DNA of 64,000 nt from an uncultured Phycisphaerales bacterium (lineage in GTDB: Bacteria; Planctomycetota; Phycisphaerae; Tepidisphaerales; Tepidisphaeraceae), in NCBI GenBank assembly GCA_963844715.1, contig CAWJPJ010000006.1, positions 96,001-160,000 on the forward strand, in the 5' to 3' direction. Below, one piece after another: positions 57,526 to 64,000 of the stretch. Position numbers and translations under genes: made by a program. The notes beneath the pieces were generated by a model that did no database searches, was not told the DNA's origin, and was given only the letters and a program-made list of their open reading frames with translations. Every line of letters starts with the position of its first letter. The first letter of the stretch is position 1.

Positions 57526-58689
57526 ATGAAAACGGCTTTGCCTGGATTCACTGCAGAGTACGGTCTCTACCAGTCAGCCGCGACTTACCGCAAGTCGAAT
57601 GCGTCGCCTGGTGCGACGATCACTGGCGCCTTCGACGACGCGGTTGAGCCATCCGGCCTGAGCAATCGAATGGGCTATGCAGGTCCACCGCACCCGGGTC
57701 GAGGCGGGCCATCTGCCTCGACTTTCCCCTTCATATGCGGTGGCGAGATTTGTACAGCGCGAGATGCATGCTGTCACGGCAAATGCACCTATTTGGGCTT
57801 CGACAATAATAATTGCGGAGCGTGTGGAAACGTCTGCAAGAACGGCATGACCTGTTCCCAAGGTTGCTGCGTGTACGCCCCACCCGACGCCGCCGTCCAG
57901 TTCGAGGGGTTTTTCCTTAGCAACTTCAATTACACCCTCTACAACGGCTGCTCGCCGATCAACGATCTAAAAGTCGTTTTCCAAGTCACGAAAGAAATGA
58001 GTGCGCCCGGAGGATTCTCGATACAACTCAACGGTTTCCAAAACAACCCCAGCAGTGCTACTACCGTCGCCGATTATTTGCAGTACGTCGTTTTTGTTAA
58101 TGGCACGGAGCTTCAGGGTGGAATTCAATATTGGAATCTTGAGGGGTATCAGAATTGTTATAACCAGACGCAAAACGCCGACGCTTGCCTTCAGTACCTC
58201 CTATACAATTCGCTGTATCAGACAATCCCCGGCGCGACCACCCCTCTGAACACCCTCCCTGCGGGATCCACAATCGAGATCGACCTCAGCCAAAGCGGCG
58301 GAAACATCACCGGGGCAACGTTTACAGTCAACACCGGCTCTGGGGGCCCTTACTCACTGGTCTTGCCCGTGCCGCAGGCGAATCAGCAATCGTTTTTGGC
58401 GTTTGAAGTGAATGTGGTGGGCTACGACGATGGCGCTTTTGGTGATTTTTCTCCCTTCGGAGCGGGGACGCTCACATATAGCATTCCCAGCGGGCAACTT
58501 ACGGTAGCGGGCACCACCGTTCCCAACCCAACAAATCTATGCACGGCGGCGCCCCAGAGTGGAGGCACGGGCGAGACATCGAATGTTTTCTATGGACCAA
58601 TGAGCCAATGCTCCGGTTCATCCATATCGCAAACGTTAATGGTGCCATACACCCAAATCCTGCCGTTCCAAAGAGACCGCTTCGGCTGA
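57526..58689 (+). CDS. Cys-rich protein with LPGFTAE leader, Stig1-like Cys repeat and beta-rich C-terminal domain
   Basis: MKTALPGFTAEYGLYQSAATYR; CCHGKC...DNNNCGACGNVCKNGMTCSQGCC; FSIQLN, YLQYVV, FEVNVVG, TGETSN; AGGA RBS. Confidence 0.75.
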   Translation: MKTALPGFTAEYGLYQSAATYRKSNASPGATITGAFDDAVEPSGLSNRMGYAGPPHPGRGGPSASTFPFICGGEICTARDACCHGKCTYLGFDNNNCGACGNVCKNGMTCSQGCCVYAPPDAAVQFEGFFLSNFNYTLYNGCSPINDLKVVFQVTKEMSAPGGFSIQLNGFQNNPSSATTVADYLQYVVFVNGTELQGGIQYWNLEGYQNCYNQTQNADACLQYLLYNSLYQTIPGATTPLNTLPAGSTIEIDLSQSGGNITGATFTVNTGSGGPYSLVLPVPQANQQSFLAFEVNVVGYDDGAFGDFSPFGAGTLTYSIPSGQLTVAGTTVPNPTNLCTAAPQSGGTGETSNVFYGPMSQCSGSSISQTLMVPYTQILPFQRDRFG

Positions 58690-58732
58690 TGATTCCCTTG
58701 CTGCCGAACAGGGTGACTTTCGAGCGCGGTTC

Positions 58733-59214
58733 TTATGTTTGTCCGCGCAGACGGCAGATGAGTCCGTCGATGGAAAACACTCCCGCCCCAAACAGCAGCA
58801 CAATCACCGCCGTCGCAAAAAAAGGAAACGCTGTATCGTTCAGCACGATGTTCTGGTTATTCCAGATATTCTGGAATAATTCCTTCATCGAAAAGTCGTA
58901 GTTCGACAATTCCACGCTGAGAATCGCGACCAGAAAATTCCCCGTCAACACCAGAGCGACGATCCGCGACGCGAACCCCACCAAAAGCAGGGCCCCGCCG
59001 ACCAGTTCCGTACCGGCCGACATGATCACGTTCAGTTTCGGCGCTGGAATATGCAAAGTCGCGAAGAACTGCATGTCTGGTCGATGTGATGCAGATGGGC
59101 CCACCCGGAAATGATCGATTGATAGCCGATATAAATTCGAATCAGTAAAAGAAAGAGTGATTGAAAGTGATTCAAAAAGCACGCGTATTTTTGATATAGC
59201 ACCAGTGGCTTCAT
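58733..59214 (-). CDS. DoxX family membrane protein (frameshift near 59075)
   Basis: LLIRIYIG...SGWAHL, FATLHIPAP, ELVGGALLLVG...R, GAGVFSID. Confidence 0.88.
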
Positions 59215-59227
59215 GGGGCGGTCTCCT

Positions 59228-60450
59228 TCACACTTCGGTTTTGGTTAGCTCTCGCAGGAACACAGTGGCAAACGATCCCGCCGGCAGCGTAAACGCCGCT
59301 GTGATATGCGGCCCATGCTCGTCCACTCCGCTGGAAAGTTCCACATCTCCGGGCCGAACCCGCAAACTCCGCCGCGCCCCCTTGACCTTGTGCCTTCCCT
59401 CCAACCGAAAATGCCCGGGTTCCAGCCCATGTGCCGCGAAAATCTCGTGCTCCATCTCCAGCGGCTTCCCTTCGGGCATCGTCATCCGATATCCCACCAG
59501 CGGCCCCGTCGGGCTGATCTCAAACGCATCGGCGCGTGGCTGCTCCGTCGCCGCGCTCTCGACTCGGAAAACCGCCCCGTTCTCATGCTTCTCCGCCAAA
59601 TCTCCGTCAAACAATTTCCCCAGGGTTTCAATGCGCTTCGACACGACTTGATTGAATAGTTCCGATTGCACCGCCGAGATCCACAGCCGCCGAATCCGCT
59701 CTTCCACCGCGCCACAGCCGCCGCCGGCCGTTCCGTCTTGATGAATCGCGCCAAAATTCGCCGCTCCATTCCGCTGCTGCGAGGCCAATGTTTCATGGCG
59801 ATTTCATACTCGCCCTTATCGAACGACTCGCGCGCTAATCGCTGCTTCGGATCGTCCAATTCCGGCTTCGGCGTTCCCAGCAACAATTTGAGTACGCCCA
59901 AATCGTCCCCTCGGATGAGCGCCGCCCCAAGAAGATGATTATCCCCGCGCCTCCCAAACCGCTGCTGCCCGAAATAATTCGGCATTCCCACTTCGGTCAA
60001 TCGCCGAACCAGGGGCGCCAGCCTCACCACATCCGTCGGATTCACGTCGCGGATTTTGATCGCAAAGCGGTTCGCCTTCAGATGCCCCAGCCGGAGCTTA
60101 TTTCCATGCCGGCTCGCCCACAGCACGCGCATCCCAGCAATATTCGCCCCCATCACTGCCGCTTCCGTCGTACCCAAGATCGAGAAGATTTGCCGCGTGA
60201 TCGCCGCCGCGTCCTTCATTCCGGCATACCCGATCCCGCGCGGATCGACGTTCAGCCCCCGCGCCAATCGATCGACCGCCTCGAAGGTGCTGATCCCTAC
60301 TTTCTCCACTTCACAATAAACGTGCTCCCCCTCTCCCGAGGCCTCGTACAGGGGAATTTCCTGCACGAAAAAATCCTCAGGCCGCTGCTTGATTACCCCG
60401 CCGATACCGGGAACGTCGGCGATGAGAAATGGAAGGGGCATGCCGGACAC
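59228..60450 (-). CDS. truD: tRNA pseudouridine(13) synthase (frameshift near 59710)
   Basis: IKQRPEDFFVQE, YAGMKD...TRQ, NRFAIKIR, PNYFGQQRFG, SAVQSELFN, FTLPAGSFATV. Confidence 0.95.
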
Positions 60451-60456
60451 GAATTG

Positions 60457-61137
60457 TCAGTTGTTCGAAGGCGGCCGCACCGTATTATTCGGCGGCGGCT
60501 CCAATGACGTCGGCTGCTGCGGCGTCGGGCTCGCTGGCGGCGGCGGGGCGGGATTCGACGGCGTTGCAACCGCTTCATTATTATCCTGATTCATGGGCCG
60601 ATATCCAAAACTCTGTCCGCCCACCGAAGCTTCAAACATCAATCCGCTCAAACCCCGCACGAAGACTACAACCCCGTTGTCATATTTCGCCGCCGCCGCC
60701 GCGCCGGATGATGCGGCCACCGCCGAGGCCTGTGCCGAAAGCGAAAAATCCCCGCTCTCAAAATTGTTCAGCGCCGTCTTATCCTTGAATACGATCAGTT
60801 CCGCGTAGGATTGCCCGCCAAGCTGCACTCCGAGCGTCCCCTGCGTCATGTCCGTCCAACCGGTCGGAGATCCCTGTTCATACACCACCCCGCGCCCATC
60901 AGCGCCCCCGATCCCGATCGCTCCTTTGCCGATATTTGGAAAGATCGCATAGGCGTGCCCGCTCTTCACGAATTTATCCAAAGTCGGGTCTTCCTTCGTG
61001 AAATCACCGTAGGAGGTCGCCGCATCGCTCAAAAGCTGCGGCTGATCCGAACCCGAAGGCGTCGTCGAACACGCCGTCACGCCCAAACCCAACATGACCA
61101 TTGCAACAGTCGAAACCCACCACATCATCTTCCGCAT
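60457..61137 (-). CDS. Lipoprotein with lipid-binding SYLF/Ysc84 domain
   Basis: Lipobox VTAC; YAIFPNIGKGAIGIGG, GVQLGGQ, GLMFEASVGGQSF. Confidence 0.85.
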   Translation of the reverse strand: MRKMMWWVSTVAMVMLGLGVTACSTTPSGSDQPQLLSDAATSYGDFTKEDPTLDKFVKSGHAYAIFPNIGKGAIGIGGADGRGVVYEQGSPTGWTDMTQGTLGVQLGGQSYAELIVFKDKTALNNFESGDFSLSAQASAVAASSGAAAAAKYDNGVVVFVRGLSGLMFEASVGGQSFGYRPMNQDNNEAVATPSNPAPPPPASPTPQQPTSLEPPPNNTVRPPSNN

Positions 61138-61238
61138 AGTTGATCTCCAAAGGCCTGGAAATCGCGCGTCCATGCGGCTTCCCACGCCGACACCTTATCA
61201 TCCCGTCTGTTTTAAAGACAGATACACCCGATCAATGG

Positions 61239-61625
61239 TTATTGATCGGTAAACTGACTCCATTTCGTCCCGTTGATATACCATGCCCGCCCCGTCGAAA
61301 CATCTATCCGCAGTGCGGTAAAGGTTTTAGCATCGGGGAGGGGAAGCATGGTCAAATCATACACCCCCGGCCCCGGCGGCGCGTCGTCCCCCAGTTTGAT
61401 CCACTTCCCATTGGCGGCGTACCAGCTGTCCCCGCTCGATGTGTCCACCTTGTATGTCTGAAACGCCCCTCCCTGGGCCAGCGCCTTGATCACAAATTTC
61501 GCCACCGGGGACGGCAGCGCATATTCCGTGTCGGCGTGAGCCGCCGTGCCCAAAATCGCGTCGTCACGACGCTGCTGGCCGCCCCGATCAAAAACGTTGC
61601 CGCGATAACCAAAAGTTTGCGACAT
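61239..61625 (-). CDS. Hypothetical exported protein, paralog 2 (5' part frameshifted)
   Basis: KVDTSSGDSWY and RIDVSTGRAWY internal repeats; GGAGG RBS. Confidence 0.65.
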   Translation of the reverse strand: MSQTFGYRGNVFDRGGQQRRDDAILGTAAHADTEYALPSPVAKFVIKALAQGGAFQTYKVDTSSGDSWYAANGKWIKLGDDAPPGPGVYDLTMLPLPDAKTFTALRIDVSTGRAWYINGTKWSQFTDQ

Positions 61626-61730
61626 GATGTGCCTCCCGTAAGCGTGGTGGGCCGGACCCTCGGTCCGAAGCCGCCCGACAGCCTATCATGGCAGCGCATC
61701 ACGCAACAAGTGCCGAAAAGCACCCTGCGG

Positions 61731-62117
61731 CTATTGCTCCCCGACGGCGCTCCAGTTGGTTCCCATGATGTACCACGTCCGCCCCGTATTCACGTCCCAG
61801 CGGCAGAGGTTGTAAGTCTTCCCATCCGGCATGGGAAGGATCTGCACATCGTACGATCCCGGCCCTAAAGGCACCGCATCGTTGTACTTGACCCATTTGC
61901 CGTTCGACGTGAACCACGCATCCCCGTTCGTCGTATCAATCCGCACCGTAAAGAAAACGTTTCCGACCACGATCGATCGAACGATATAACGCGCCGACGC
62001 CGACGCCATCGAATAAGTAGTCTCCCCGCGCACAGGCGTGTCCACCCAATGCGCCACTCCGGCATAACCAACCGCCCCAATCAATACCGCCCCTGCCAAT
62101 CGAGCAAAACGATTCAT
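61731..62117 (-). CDS. Hypothetical exported protein, paralog 1
   Basis: Signal-like N-terminus; RIDTTNGDAWF and RWDVNTGRTWY repeats; GGAG RBS. Confidence 0.7.
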   Translation of the reverse strand: MNRFARLAGAVLIGAVGYAGVAHWVDTPVRGETTYSMASASARYIVRSIVVGNVFFTVRIDTTNGDAWFTSNGKWVKYNDAVPLGPGSYDVQILPMPDGKTYNLCRWDVNTGRTWYIMGTNWSAVGEQ

Positions 62118-62372
62118 AAACAATCTCCCATAAAAGTGTTGCCCTGATTATGCCCACTCTAAAAAGCGGTTGCCAGTTTGCCGCCGGGGGGGCCCAGCGG
62201 CCTTTGGCATGCCGCAATCACTTGCAACTCGCGACTGGAACTATTTTTGGCCTTTGCGGACCACGCCCATCTTTCGTAATCTGAGGTCGCAGACCCGTCA
62301 AAAGGTTTATAATCCCATGTCGTCGCAATCCATTCACCAATGTTCCCCCAGGACACTAAAGCCAGGTGCTAT

Positions 62373-63416
62373 ATGACAGCACAAACGAAACTCGCGGAAG
62401 CGTTGGCCCATTTAAGCCTCGCTACGCGATGCCTGCACGCCGCCGATGAAAGCGGCGGGAACATTGCCAAAAAGTTCGAGCAATTGGGAGTCCCGGACAC
62501 GCCCGAAAATCGCATCGCTTATCGCGGCGCAATGCTTACGACGCCCGGTTACGGCGAAGTGATCGGCGGCACAATCCTCTTCGACGAGACTTTCCGCCAA
62601 TCTTATGAAGGCAGCACGGTCACCCATATCCTGAAACGCCAGGGCGTCGTGATCGGCGTCAAAGTGGACTCCGGCTTGCAATCTTTCGGTGCTTCAAAGA
62701 TCGAGCAGGTCGGAAAGAATGAGTTGCCCGCTCTTCCAAAGCGTATGGAAGAGTATGCCGCGAAGGATGTTCAATTCACCAAATTCAGAGTTGTAGGGAA
62801 TATCGGCCTCGAGAACGGGAGAGCCCTTCCCAGCGATGAATGCCTGGCGGCTAACGCCGCGATGTTGGCCCAGTACGCCGAAATCTGCCACCGCTTCGGC
62901 GTCGTGCCGATCGTCGAGCCGGAAGTGCCGATGGAAGGATCGCATTCCCTGGAGGACTGCCGTCAGGCCACCGAGCGTTTCCTGCTGGCGACTTTCGCAG
63001 CCTTGAGAAAGCGGCAGATTGCCCTGCCGGGAGTTATTTTAAAGACCAATATGGTCCTTTCCGGCCTCGAAGGACCGAAGGCCAACGAGGCTGACTGCGT
63101 TAAGCAAACGATCTTGACTCTCGCGACGACAGTGCCGCCGGATATCGGCGCGGTCGTATTTCTATCGGGGGGTCAAGAGACCGAAGATGCAATGAGGCGG
63201 TTGGAAGCGATACGCATCGCCGCGGCGCAAAGCGGCCTGCCTTTCACCGTCAGCTCGTCCTTCAGCCGTGCCTTGCAGGGCCCCGCGTTGGAAGAATTCG
63301 CCGCCGCGGTGCGAGAGGGCGCGAACGCGGCCGATATCAAAACGCGGACCCAATCCAAATTCGCCGAAGCTCTCAAATTGAACGGGATGGCACTGAGCAA
63401 TTCGGTCAGACATTGA
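62373..63416 (+). CDS. Class I fructose-bisphosphate aldolase (eukaryote-like type)
   Basis: AADES, ILFDET, GVKVDSG, VPIVEPEV, Schiff-base LKTNM, FLSGGQ, SFSRALQ. Confidence 0.9.
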   Translation: MTAQTKLAEALAHLSLATRCLHAADESGGNIAKKFEQLGVPDTPENRIAYRGAMLTTPGYGEVIGGTILFDETFRQSYEGSTVTHILKRQGVVIGVKVDSGLQSFGASKIEQVGKNELPALPKRMEEYAAKDVQFTKFRVVGNIGLENGRALPSDECLAANAAMLAQYAEICHRFGVVPIVEPEVPMEGSHSLEDCRQATERFLLATFAALRKRQIALPGVILKTNMVLSGLEGPKANEADCVKQTILTLATTVPPDIGAVVFLSGGQETEDAMRRLEAIRIAAAQSGLPFTVSSSFSRALQGPALEEFAAAVREGANAADIKTRTQSKFAEALKLNGMALSNSVRH

Positions 63417-63556
63417 GGGGATTCGAATCCAAAGCGCTCAATCCCGTCGTCCACGATGCGCAATCTGGCGGACTGAAAACCAATCCGGTAGGATCGCTCG
63501 AATCCTTCGGTGCAACCGGCGAAACCCGCGGTTTTACCGCAGGAAAATTACATAAC

Positions 63557-63640
63557 GGCCTCTTGGCGGAATTGGCAGACGCGATGGACTCAAAATCCAT
63601 TGCCCGAAAGGGCGTATCGGTTCAACTCCGATAGAGGCCA
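63557..63640 (+). tRNA. tRNA-Leu (anticodon CAA)
   Basis: GGCCTCT/AGAGGCC acceptor stem, ATGGA-CTCAAAA-TCCAT anticodon arm, long variable arm, ATCGG-TTCAACT-CCGAT T arm. Confidence 0.97.
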
Positions 63641-64000
63641 TCCCCCATCTTGCACGATTTCGCAAGGTGCAGAATCACTCGGAAAAACCGAGTGATTTTT
63701 GTTTGGTGACTGAACGGGTTGCGAAGCATTTCCACCCTTTTCGTGCGGTTGCTGTGCCGGATTCTGTGCCGCGCTGTCCGAAGTCGCTACAGGCGTAGCC
63801 GCTGCCCGGTCGAAATGGGCTTGAGTGACTTGCAGATAGTGGGCCTGGGCGACAGCTTGGGTATTTCCGAGCCACGCGCAAACGACATGGGCCGGAAATG
63901 TCTCGGCAAGCTCGGTCTGACGGCTCGACCGCAGATTGTGGAAAAGCTTCGGCCACGGCTCGATGCCAGCCCGACTGATTATCCGTTTGAAATGTGTCCG
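63590..64000 (-). CDS. Tyrosine recombinase/integrase, C-terminal part (5' end beyond the window)
   Basis: Manual translation: [49 protein letters not shown] (HxLR box, LG-N, catalytic Y); frame open to TGA at 63592-63590. Confidence 0.88.
   Translation of the reverse strand, partial: RTHFKRIISRAGIEPWPKLFHNLRSSRQTELAETFPAHVVCAWLGNTQAVAQAHYLQVTQAHFDRAAATPVATSDSAAQNPAQQPHEKGGNASQPVQSPNKNHSVFPSDSAPCEIVQDGGWPLSELNRYALSGNGF
63673..63700 (+). terminator. Intrinsic terminator-like hairpin after tRNA-Leu
   Basis: AATCACTCGG-AAAAA-CCGAGTGATT followed by a T run. Confidence 0.7.

Noticed and set aside
56224..58689. Canonical cyanobactin biosynthetic cluster
   Set aside because: No subtilisin domain, no PatE precursor with LAELSEE leader, and no heterocyclase, oxidase or prenyltransferase in the window.

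Overview
GC-rich bacterial chromosome segment, probably Planctomycetota/Phycisphaerae. This is inferred from the ECF sigma plus Ser/Thr kinase-TPR pair, a PEP-CTERM protein, DUF1844, the integrase type and the repeat families. Single-base frameshifts split many genes, including essential ones (pheS, pyrB, pyrC, acs), which points to uncorrected long-read indels, so gene ends are approximate. Housekeeping content: pilT, hemW, argD, moaC, an NtrC-type regulator, ald, pyrR-pyrB-pyrC, FTR1, a GH57 branching enzyme, an htrA pair, thpR, pheS, TPP riboswitch-thiC, acs, truD, class I aldolase, tRNA-Glu(CTC) and tRNA-Leu(CAA). Accessory content: (1) an ECF/kinase block with a PEP-CTERM metalloprotease gene interrupted by an intact IS5 element; (2) a 13-kb tandem array of seven TPR-glycosyltransferase genes, six of them GT41/SPINDLY-like, carrying palindromic repeats, one in frame inside a gene; (3) a three-gene cassette at 56.2-58.7 kb encoding a small CxxC protein, a protease-less PatG-DUF protein and a Cys-rich cargo with an LPGFTAE leader, which is the best candidate for an undescribed system; (4) a tyrosine integrase whose reading frame ends inside tRNA-Leu at the right edge. 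Strand G/C skew flips near 47 kb.
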